A DNA stretch of 64,000 nt, taken from contig CAYQZV010000010.1 in NCBI GenBank assembly GCA_964422145.1, positions 694-64,693 on the forward strand, read 5' to 3'. A program made the translations under genes and the position numbers. The DNA is from an uncultured bacterium (lineage in GTDB: Bacteria; Fidelibacterota; Marinisomatia; Marinisomatales; JACNKV01). Shown piece by piece: positions 48,136-58,104 of this stretch (positions within the stretch are counted from its first letter, which is position 1; every line of letters starts with the position of its first letter). The notes under the pieces are model-generated. The model ran no database searches and was not told the DNA's origin. It was given only the letters and a program-made list of their open reading frames with translations.

Positions 48136-49788
48136 ATGTTCTGTTTCCTCTTCGTCATTTTAATTTTTATCACAGGATGTACCCCGGTCATTCCGCTTGT
48201 CACGGAAAATCATACGCAGGGTCAGGATAAAACCGTTAAATGGGTGAAAATTCATAATTCGGATACACTTCTCACAAAAGTTCAACAATTCTATCCCGAT
48301 GGATCACCAGCTTATATACAGGAATATTACCATGGATATCCTGACGGTCAGTATCAAGAATGGTATTCAAATAATGCTGTTTATGTGTTAGGGAAATACC
48401 GTAAAGGATTCCGCCACGGTAAGTGGACTTACTTTGATCCGCAGGGAAGAATTGATTCCACTTTACGATATAAAAACGGGAAACTGAATGGAAAGTATTC
48501 TCATGACAGTGATGATGGAATTCGTTTGGTGTCCGGACAGTTCCGAAAAGGAAGAAAACATAAAGCGTGGAAATGGAGAGGAAAAGACGGATTGACCGAC
48601 TCCGTTAGGACATTTTCTTCCGGAAAACTAAATGGAGCTTTCAAAGATTACTATCCCAATGGATCATTAAAGATTAATACAAATTATTCATCGAATCAAC
48701 GTCATGGGTCTTACCGTGAATATTCTGAATCAAAAGAGATGATCACCAAAGGGCAGTACAACCGTTCATTGCCAAACGGTATATGGACATGGCGGGCAGA
48801 AGGGAAAAAAGTTCGAACCATTACGTATGCCAACGGTGTCAAAAACGGAGACTTTCATCTTTGGTATCCCAATGGTAGTGATAACGTAATAGGTTCGTAT
48901 AAAAATGATCTGAAAAACGGGGTTTTCAAATATCGGAATTCAAATGGAATGCTTGATTCTCTTCGATGTTATCTCTCGGGGAAATTGCACGGAGCTGCGG
49001 AAGACTATGAGAATCAATCAAGTCGTTTCAAAGGAAACCTAAGAACCATCTTTGCACTGACACATTTGGGGACAGACTTATTTACCCAGGCGTCCGGTGT
49101 GACAAAACGCAGTATTTATATTGATGGTCAGTTAGTCGGTCCAATGATCGAATGGTATCCAAACGGGAATAAAAAAAGTATCATTAACTATGTAAATGGT
49201 ATAAAGGAAAACATGTATCAGTATTGGTCATCAAACGGACAATTGATAGAGCAAGGATATTATCAAAACGGTAACTACCACAGCATTGCAAAACGGTGGT
49301 ATTCGAATGGAATTCTGTCTTCAGAAAGTATCTTTGTAGATGGTATACAAAACGGATTAACAAAGGTATTCAGTCCAAACGGTCATTTGAAAAAAGAAAT
49401 ATTATTCAATTCCGGTGAGCCCGTTTTTATCTTTGAGTATTATGTGAATCTACGTCTAAAAGAATTTACTTACTATCAAGATGGTGAGGAGAATTGGTCA
49501 GTCCAATGGGATCAATATGAACAGATGATTAGTCAAGATGAAGACAGTTACTCAGTCATTGAGGATGTATATCCGTCGGGCTGTCCGAAGAAGAAAGTGT
49601 TTTCAGAGAACGAAAGCCGATTTCGGTTAGAATTTGAGTACGATCTAAACCGAAGACCAAATCAAATCAAACTTTTCAAAGGGAACAAAAAACTAGTCGG
49701 AAGACACTTTTCAGAGAAGGGACAAACATCCGTTGAAAAAATTTATAAAGACGGAAGTATATTGACTTTTGGAGAAGATGACGAATAA
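48136..49788 (+). CDS. MORN-variant (YwqK-like) repeat lipoprotein
   Basis: Lipobox ITGC; many repeats of Y.NG..(H/N)G.(W/F)..(W/Y)Y.NG. Confidence 0.75.
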   Translation: MFCFLFVILIFITGCTPVIPLVTENHTQGQDKTVKWVKIHNSDTLLTKVQQFYPDGSPAYIQEYYHGYPDGQYQEWYSNNAVYVLGKYRKGFRHGKWTYFDPQGRIDSTLRYKNGKLNGKYSHDSDDGIRLVSGQFRKGRKHKAWKWRGKDGLTDSVRTFSSGKLNGAFKDYYPNGSLKINTNYSSNQRHGSYREYSESKEMITKGQYNRSLPNGIWTWRAEGKKVRTITYANGVKNGDFHLWYPNGSDNVIGSYKNDLKNGVFKYRNSNGMLDSLRCYLSGKLHGAAEDYENQSSRFKGNLRTIFALTHLGTDLFTQASGVTKRSIYIDGQLVGPMIEWYPNGNKKSIINYVNGIKENMYQYWSSNGQLIEQGYYQNGNYHSIAKRWYSNGILSSESIFVDGIQNGLTKVFSPNGHLKKEILFNSGEPVFIFEYYVNLRLKEFTYYQDGEENWSVQWDQYEQMISQDEDSYSVIEDVYPSGCPKKKVFSENESRFRLEFEYDLNRRPNQIKLFKGNKKLVGRHFSEKGQTSVEKIYKDGSILTFGEDDE

Positions 49789-49832
49789 TCCTATCGCTAT
49801 GTTAATCAAATAAAAATATGTAATTTTCAACT

Positions 49833-50879
49833 ATGATGAGTGATAAATTAATTTCAATGTTATGGTTATGGGGTCCGGCGGTTCTCACAATTCTTGTGGG
49901 GATCGGTTTAGGATGGTTAGTCAAAAACCTCGTTCACAAACGACTCACAAATTTTGCAAAAAAAACTGCATGGAAATGGGATGACATTCTTTTGTCGTCT
50001 ATTGAATCCCATATCATTTTATGGTTTTTCCTTGCGTCCTTTTATATGGTTTTCAATCAATTGAAAATCGGAGAACCCTTCGGACAGTATATCAGTATTT
50101 TAGCCCTATCGGCACTTATATTATCCGTTACATTTGCCGTTGCACGTTTATTAACAGGGATTCTGGACCTATGGGCCCTAAAGCAATCGGGAAGTTTTCC
50201 ATCTACAAAAATATTCAGTAATCTGATTCGTATTACAGTGATCTCCATTGGTGTCCTCACTTTGCTGCAATCGTTGGGTGTTTCTATTACATCTTTCCTG
50301 ACGGCTTTGGGTGTAGGGGGACTTGCCATTTCTCTTGCATTGAAAGACACATTAGCTGATCTTTTCAGCGGATTGCATATCCTACTTAGCCAAAAAGTGA
50401 AACCCGGCGATTTTATTCAGCTTGATTCAGGTGAAATGGGCTATGTGTCGAATATCACTTGGAGAAATACAACATTAGTTGAACGGACGAATAATGTTGT
50501 ATCTATTCCAAATTCACGTCTCTCAACTGCAATTATTCGCAATTTTGATACGATTGAATCCTCTTATCGAGTTTCGATCCCAGTAGGTGTTGCCTATGAC
50601 AGTGATCTTGAGTTGGTTGAAAAGGTGACAAAAGAAGTCGCTCAAGACGTGATCGCAGATATAGAAGGTGCCGTGAATACGGAAGACCCCATCATTCGTT
50701 TCAAAGAATTCGCCGATTCAAGTATCAATTATATGGTTTATCTTAAAGCCAAGGTTTATGGTGATCACCATTTATTAATTCATGAGTTTGTGAAACGACT
50801 GCATAAGCGGTTTGAGCAAGAAAATATTGAAATCCCATTCCCGATTCGTACGATCGTTCAGAAACAGGAGAAGGAATGA
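49833..50879 (+). CDS. MscS family mechanosensitive channel
   Basis: TALGVGGLAISLALKDTLADLFSG; GDFIQL; ITWRNT; IPNS; GVAYDSD; IEIPFP. Confidence 0.92.
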   Translation: MMSDKLISMLWLWGPAVLTILVGIGLGWLVKNLVHKRLTNFAKKTAWKWDDILLSSIESHIILWFFLASFYMVFNQLKIGEPFGQYISILALSALILSVTFAVARLLTGILDLWALKQSGSFPSTKIFSNLIRITVISIGVLTLLQSLGVSITSFLTALGVGGLAISLALKDTLADLFSGLHILLSQKVKPGDFIQLDSGEMGYVSNITWRNTTLVERTNNVVSIPNSRLSTAIIRNFDTIESSYRVSIPVGVAYDSDLELVEKVTKEVAQDVIADIEGAVNTEDPIIRFKEFADSSINYMVYLKAKVYGDHHLLIHEFVKRLHKRFEQENIEIPFPIRTIVQKQEKE

Positions 50880-51250
50880 AAGCGTGGATTATCATCGGAG
50901 CTGTTTTGGCAGGAATTTCGGTTATCTCAGGTGCATTCGGCGCTCACGGACTTAAACCAAAAATAACGCCCCATGATTTGGCGATCTATGAAACGGCAGT
51001 TCACTATCATATGATCCATGCTTTAGCGTTGATCTTACTGGGATTGATCGGGTTTTACTTTAATGCAGATGTTGTATACTTACCGGGAATATTTATACTT
51101 ACCGGAATTTTAATTTTTTCCGGGAGTTTATACACACTTGTTTTAACTAATTTACGATGGTTTGGTGCAATTACACCGATCGGCGGCGTATCATTCGTCA
51201 TTGGTTGGGGATTGCTCGCCTATAATTTATGGAGGAATTCAGGTTCATGA
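50876..51250 (+). CDS. DUF423 (YgdD/TMEM256) membrane protein
   Basis: GAFGAHGL; TAVHYHMIHA; FSGSLY; GAITPIGG. Confidence 0.9.
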   Translation: MKAWIIIGAVLAGISVISGAFGAHGLKPKITPHDLAIYETAVHYHMIHALALILLGLIGFYFNADVVYLPGIFILTGILIFSGSLYTLVLTNLRWFGAITPIGGVSFVIGWGLLAYNLWRNSGS

Positions 51251-51684
51251 ATTTGTTGATTAAAGCGCATTCATTCGAAGTCAAAACGATGTACGAAGAG
51301 CACGGTCATTTCCATGACGGAGATGCCGGACTAGATTTATTTATCGTCTTTTCTCAGACGATTCAGCCGGGTGAAACAGCGTTTATCCATCTGAATATAT
51401 CCTGTGAAAATCTTGACCTTAAACCGTATTTGCTGATGCCGAGATCAAGTATCTCCAAAACACCGCTGCGGCTTTGTAATTCAATCGGATTAATCGATGC
51501 AGGATACCGCGGGGAAATCATTGCAGCCGTTGACAATATAAAAGAAGAACCCTATACTGTTGAACCGGGACATCGTTTGTTTCAGCTCGTTGCAATGGAT
51601 GGTTCTCCGATCCATTATAAATTGGTGGACGAATTATCCGATACATCAAGAGGGACCGGTGGGTTCGGCAGTACCGGATCTTGA
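51247..51684 (+). CDS. dut: Trimeric dUTP diphosphatase
   Basis: AGLDL, PRSS, GLIDAGYRGEI, FQLV and RGTGGFGSTG motifs; ATGA overlap with the DUF423 gene. Confidence 0.95.
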   Translation: MNLLIKAHSFEVKTMYEEHGHFHDGDAGLDLFIVFSQTIQPGETAFIHLNISCENLDLKPYLLMPRSSISKTPLRLCNSIGLIDAGYRGEIIAAVDNIKEEPYTVEPGHRLFQLVAMDGSPIHYKLVDELSDTSRGTGGFGSTGS

Positions 51685-51729
51685 TTATTTTATATCGTTT
51701 TCCGTTTTAGTTTGTAACCTATCAACCCA

Positions 51730-51756
51730 TTAGCACTCTAAATAGGAGAGTGCTAA
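51730..51756. promoter_or_regulatory. CIRCE element (HrcA operator)
   Basis: Exact consensus TTAGCACTC-N9-GAGTGCTAA upstream of groES-groEL, followed by TTGTAT-N18-TAAATT (51764-51793). Confidence 0.97.
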
Positions 51757-51852
51757 ATATTAGTTGTATACACAAAACGTATTTAAGTAAATTCAGCGCT
51801 CCATATTGGAGAATATAAGAAAGAAATCAGCAATTAAAATTTGGAGAAAGAT

Positions 51853-52143
51853 ATGAGTTTGAAAATGAAACCATTAGCGGATCGCGTTGTTGTAGAATCT
51901 GCTATTGCCGATGATGTATCTAAAGGCGGTATCATTCTGCCGGACACAGCCCAAGAAAAACCGCAGCAAGGAACTATTGTTGCCGTTGGTCCTGGGAAAG
52001 CAAGTGATTCCGGTGCGATTATTGCTATGAGTGTAAAAGTTGGAGATTTAGTTTTGTACGGAAAATACTCAGGTACAGATGTAACCATCGATGGTAAAGA
52101 ATATATGATTATGCGTGAAAGCGATATTTTAGCAATTTTATAA
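51853..52143 (+). CDS. groES: Co-chaperonin GroES
   Basis: KPLADRVVV, GGIILPDTAQEKPQ, VKVGD, MRESDILA; GGAG RBS before the ATG at 51853. Confidence 0.97.
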   Translation: MSLKMKPLADRVVVESAIADDVSKGGIILPDTAQEKPQQGTIVAVGPGKASDSGAIIAMSVKVGDLVLYGKYSGTDVTIDGKEYMIMRESDILAIL

Positions 52144-52163
52144 TATTGAGTAGAGGAGATTAA

Positions 52164-53792
<1,629 letters not shown>

Positions 53793-53812
53793 CCCATCCT
53801 TTCGACTCTATT

Positions 53813-53843
53813 AAAAGCCCCGCATATTTGTGGGGCTTTTTTA
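53813..53843 (+). terminator. Rho-independent terminator after groEL
   Basis: AAAAGCCCCGCA-TATT-TGTGGGGCTTTTTT. Confidence 0.88.
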
Positions 53844-53908
53844 TTTTATAAAACGAAATAACCAAAGAATTCTGTATATTCTTACTAACAATTTTCGTTT
53901 AAATTAAT

Positions 53909-56272
53909 ATGAACTCTTTTTTCGTAATATATCAAAAAAATCCCTTAGCGTGGATTGTCTTATTTTTTATCGCAGGGATATATTTATCAACTGTCTATCC
54001 TGGAATAGCGCTTCCGATTTTAACAAGTTTAGTTTTGATCATTGGTTTATACATCTTAAGACGAACGGAATATGATATTATTTTTGTTCTGACAATTTTA
54101 TTATTTATTGGATGGGGATGGGCATCTTATTGTCAAATAGTTCAGAATAGCCATATAGAAAAAGTAGAGAAGAATCATAACAAGGATATCCGTTTTACCG
54201 GTGTGGTAACAGAAACAAAAGAAACAGAATATGGTGCTCGTTGTTTGTTAAGAAATGTGAATATGGAAACATCAACTACGGGTATAATTGATCGTTTCTC
54301 GCTGTTGCTATATTTAAAAGAAGAAATCCACTTTGGTTTTGGTGATACCCTGATCATTTCAGGTAAATATGTGAAATTAACTCCGGTTCGCAATCCGGGT
54401 TCGTTTGATTTTCGTTCTTGGGCGCATCGGCAAAAGATCTACGGAAAAATCCGAATTACTAATGAAGATGATATTGCAATTCGGTTCTCGGATGGAAAAG
54501 GATGGGAAAATAAACTCGAATCGGTTCGAGATGGAATCCGTTCACATCTTTCAAAATCGACTGATGGAAAAACAACCGGGATTTTGCTTGCGCTCATCCT
54601 TGGAGATAAATCAGACGTAGATCTTGAATTGAGAGAATCTTTTATCGAAACCGGAGTGATTCATGTGTTAGCAGTTTCAGGATTACATGTTGGTTATATT
54701 CTGCTGATATTGATGATCTTAACATCCATGCTGAGAATTCCGTGGGGATGGGATAGGGTTGTGATCATTATGGGGTTGGTTAGCTATGTTTTACTGACGG
54801 GAGGGAAACCGAGTGTATTAAGAGCATCTATTATGGCAGCTCTTTATGTGATCGCTCCGGTTGTAAATCGACCGAGAAGTATTTGGAATATCATTGCAGC
54901 TTCTGCGTTCATCATTCTTATTTCTAATCCGCATATGCTGTTTGATCTCGGTTTTCAATTAAGTTATTCCGCCGTGATCTCCATTGTCTATTTTTATAAT
55001 CTAATAGAAAACAATCTCACGGATAAACTTAAACCAAGTCATATTTCGAATACTGTTATCAGCAAAACATGGAGTTTATTCTTAGTCTCTTTCTCAGCAC
55101 AAATTGGAACATTATTATTTACCGTATTTTATTTTCATCGTATTCCGCTGATTTCCTTGATCGCAAACATCATTATTGTCCCTTTGATTGGAATAATGGT
55201 AGCTCTCGGGATATTAATATTGACAATCGGTTGGCTACCTTACTTTGGAACCATTATTGGGCAAACAGCCTGGTTAAATACACAGATCATCGATTGGTTT
55301 GCATCCTTCTTCAGTTCTTTGCCATTTGCATCTATTGAAATATTGCATACCGGGCCTCTCTTTTTCATCTTATATGGACTGGGTGTTTCGATATTTATCA
55401 TGGCTCTTCATCACAAACTACGTATGATTCAATACTTAGCAGGGATGGTGGTAGTTATCTTGATTTGGAATTGGGCTTTAAAACCAAACGATACTAATAT
55501 TCTCTTCCTGGACGTTGGACAAGGAGATGCAGCGATCATTCAATTTCAAGATGGACGCACGATGCTTATCGATGCAGGGCAGAAAGATCATTTCCAAGAT
55601 TATGGAGAACGTGTAGTGATCCCTGCAGCAAAGTATCTGGGTGTAGATCGTTTTAATTGGATTGTCTGGAGTCATCCGCATAATGATCATATTGGCGGAA
55701 TGAGTTCAATTTTGGAAACAATCCCTGTCGATACGGTTTGGGATACACATACAACTTACGGGTCTCGAAACTATAATTATCTTCTTGATCGAGTGAATAC
55801 AAAAAATATTGTATATCAGAGGCCGCACCGCGGAGATGTGATCATCCTTGATCATAAAACCTATATCCAAGTTTTATCTCCGGACTCTGTTTGGAGTAAA
55901 GGTCAAAAGAACATCAATAATGTCAGTTTAGTGATGCGTCTAGTTATTGGGGAAATTGAGTTTCTATTTACGGGAGATATTGAGAAAGAAGTTGACGAAA
56001 TGATCTTACCGTTTAAACATCATCTGAATTCAGATGTACTAAAGGTGGCTCATCATGGGTCTATTACCAGTACTACCGAAAAGGATTTATACTATATTCA
56101 ACCGAAAATTGCTGTGATTTCTGTAGGAGAGGGGAATAAATTCAAACATCCGTCTGAGGTTACAATAAAGCGATTAGAAGAAGCAGGAGCCATGATACAC
56201 CGAACTGACTTACAAGGAGCGCTATGGCTTCGAACAGATGGAAAACAAATAAAGGAAGTCCAATGGCAATAA
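53909..56272 (+). CDS. comEC: DNA internalization competence protein ComEC/Rec2
   Basis: RNPGSFDF; HVLAVSGLHV; FQLSY; metallo-beta-lactamase domain DVGQGDA, SHPHNDHIGG, LFTGD, KVAHHGS. Confidence 0.94.
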   Translation: MNSFFVIYQKNPLAWIVLFFIAGIYLSTVYPGIALPILTSLVLIIGLYILRRTEYDIIFVLTILLFIGWGWASYCQIVQNSHIEKVEKNHNKDIRFTGVVTETKETEYGARCLLRNVNMETSTTGIIDRFSLLLYLKEEIHFGFGDTLIISGKYVKLTPVRNPGSFDFRSWAHRQKIYGKIRITNEDDIAIRFSDGKGWENKLESVRDGIRSHLSKSTDGKTTGILLALILGDKSDVDLELRESFIETGVIHVLAVSGLHVGYILLILMILTSMLRIPWGWDRVVIIMGLVSYVLLTGGKPSVLRASIMAALYVIAPVVNRPRSIWNIIAASAFIILISNPHMLFDLGFQLSYSAVISIVYFYNLIENNLTDKLKPSHISNTVISKTWSLFLVSFSAQIGTLLFTVFYFHRIPLISLIANIIIVPLIGIMVALGILILTIGWLPYFGTIIGQTAWLNTQIIDWFASFFSSLPFASIEILHTGPLFFILYGLGVSIFIMALHHKLRMIQYLAGMVVVILIWNWALKPNDTNILFLDVGQGDAAIIQFQDGRTMLIDAGQKDHFQDYGERVVIPAAKYLGVDRFNWIVWSHPHNDHIGGMSSILETIPVDTVWDTHTTYGSRNYNYLLDRVNTKNIVYQRPHRGDVIILDHKTYIQVLSPDSVWSKGQKNINNVSLVMRLVIGEIEFLFTGDIEKEVDEMILPFKHHLNSDVLKVAHHGSITSTTEKDLYYIQPKIAVISVGEGNKFKHPSEVTIKRLEEAGAMIHRTDLQGALWLRTDGKQIKEVQWQ

Positions 56273-57195
56273 CAGCCGGAGTCGATGAAGCAGGAAGAGG
56301 ACCGTTAGCCGGTCCTGTTGTTGCAGCCGCCGTCATTTTACCGGATGATCATCCCATCGTAGGATTACGAGATTCAAAAAAACTCACTCCAAAGAAACGT
56401 GAGCATCTTTATGAAGAAATCCATCAGTTTGCTTCTGGAATCGGAGTAGGTATTATTGATGAAAAGGAAATTGATGCGACCAACATTCTGAAAGCAACTC
56501 ATAAAGCCATGCAGATCGCTTTAGGAAAGTTGGGCGTCCGGCCGGATAAAGCTTTGATCGACGGATATGCGTTACCAAACCAAGTCATCCCAAATGAAGG
56601 AATCATCGGAGGAGATAATAAAGTAGATTCCATCCGTGCGGCATCTATTATTGCAAAAGTGACGCGAGATCGTATCATGGAGCAATATGATGTTATTTTT
56701 CCGGAGTACGGATTTGTTAAACATAAAGGCTATGGCACGAAACAACACATGGAGTCTTTGAAACAACATAAAGCTTCTCCCATTCATCGAAAATCATTCC
56801 AACCGGTATCTGAATCATTACCTACCATGTCGTGGTTCAGGCAAAATCGGTTGATCGGATCACTTGGCGAACGTCTTGCAGCCGTGTATTTAGTTAATAA
56901 GGGCTATGCGGTAAGAGATATGAATGTACGGTGTCTGCCTTATGGAGAAATTGATATCATTGCCGAGAAAGATAAAACAATTGTTTTTATCGAAGTGAAA
57001 ACGATTTCTAAAGTATCAATTGGTTCACCGGAAGAGAAAGTTTCAGAATCTAAACTTGCGAAGCTGGAGCAAGCGATCCACAAATATTTACTTGAACATG
57101 AAATAAAAATGGATATCAGATTGGATGCGATTACTGTAAAAATTGAGAGTGGAAGTCACAAAATATCTCATTATAAAAATGTCGAATTGGATTAG
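56263..57195 (+). CDS. rnhB: Ribonuclease HII fused to a C-terminal YraN (UPF0102) nuclease domain
   Basis: GVDEAGRGPLAGPV, DSKKL, ASIIAKVTRD, HKGYGT, IHRKSF; then GSLGERLAAVYL...GEIDIIA...VFIEVKT...IRLDAI in the same frame. Confidence 0.92.
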   Translation: MAITAGVDEAGRGPLAGPVVAAAVILPDDHPIVGLRDSKKLTPKKREHLYEEIHQFASGIGVGIIDEKEIDATNILKATHKAMQIALGKLGVRPDKALIDGYALPNQVIPNEGIIGGDNKVDSIRAASIIAKVTRDRIMEQYDVIFPEYGFVKHKGYGTKQHMESLKQHKASPIHRKSFQPVSESLPTMSWFRQNRLIGSLGERLAAVYLVNKGYAVRDMNVRCLPYGEIDIIAEKDKTIVFIEVKTISKVSIGSPEEKVSESKLAKLEQAIHKYLLEHEIKMDIRLDAITVKIESGSHKISHYKNVELD

Positions 57196-57278
57196 ATTAA
57201 TTCACCAATGACATGAAATAAATTGCATGCTAAAATCTCAGAATAACCGTAATTTAAATACTTAAATAAAAGAGAACT

Positions 57279-58091
57279 ATGACAAAGAACTCATCGAACA
57301 GAACACTCGTAAATGTTTTAGGAATTCCAACCATTCTTTTCCTCATTTGGATAGGCGGTATTTTCTTTGCTTTGCTTATCACGGTAGCAATGCTGTATGC
57401 GATAAGAGAATTCTATTCAATGAACCGGAAACATGATACTTTTCCGACTATTTGGATAGGATGGCTTGCAACACTGATTATCGGCCATTTGTATTTTTAT
57501 CAGCCGTTGATAACCGCTGTGGAATTAGTTTCCGGTATCATTTTATTTATCGTGATTACGCTATTGATCGAATTATTCAAAAATAAGTCTAATCCGACTT
57601 GGAATGTAGGCGTAACTCTGATGGGAATCCTTTACGTCCCGGTTTTACTTGGGACATTAATCGCCCTGCGAGAAATGACGATGATCAATGGTTTGAACAT
57701 GACATTGAGTGTTATTCTGGGTATTTGGGCATGTGATTCCGTTGCATATTTCACCGGGAAAAAATGGGGAACCGTAAAGATATTTAAACGGGTTAGTCCA
57801 AAAAAATCAGTTGTTGGAAGTATCTCCGGACTATTAGGATCGTTTTTGGTATTTATCGTAGCAAAAGAATGGGGATTCTTACCGATTTCATGGTTTGATG
57901 TTATCATATTTACGGTTATTACGGGTGTTTTTGGTCAACTGGGCGATTTTACGGAATCTTTATTTAAACGGGATGCCGGAGTAAAAGACTCCGGGACCAT
58001 CCTTCAAGGACACGGCGGGATGCTAGATCGTTTCGATTCGCTGATCTTTGCCAGTCCGCTGGTCTACATTTATTTGAATTTGATTTACTGA
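57279..58091 (+). CDS. cdsA: Phosphatidate cytidylyltransferase
   Basis: VSPKKS; GDFTESLFKRDAGVKDSG; GHGGMLDRFDS; multiple TM segments. Confidence 0.95.
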   Translation: MTKNSSNRTLVNVLGIPTILFLIWIGGIFFALLITVAMLYAIREFYSMNRKHDTFPTIWIGWLATLIIGHLYFYQPLITAVELVSGIILFIVITLLIELFKNKSNPTWNVGVTLMGILYVPVLLGTLIALREMTMINGLNMTLSVILGIWACDSVAYFTGKKWGTVKIFKRVSPKKSVVGSISGLLGSFLVFIVAKEWGFLPISWFDVIIFTVITGVFGQLGDFTESLFKRDAGVKDSGTILQGHGGMLDRFDSLIFASPLVYIYLNLIY

Positions 58092-58104
58092 TTACAGGGA
58101 GATT

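Noticed and set aside
48136..49788. Toxin-antitoxin system (YwqK label)
   Set aside because: No toxin gene nearby; the repeat family is widespread outside TA loci.
51730..51756. CIRCE as a novelty
   Set aside because: Textbook HrcA operator before groESL; recorded as a feature only.
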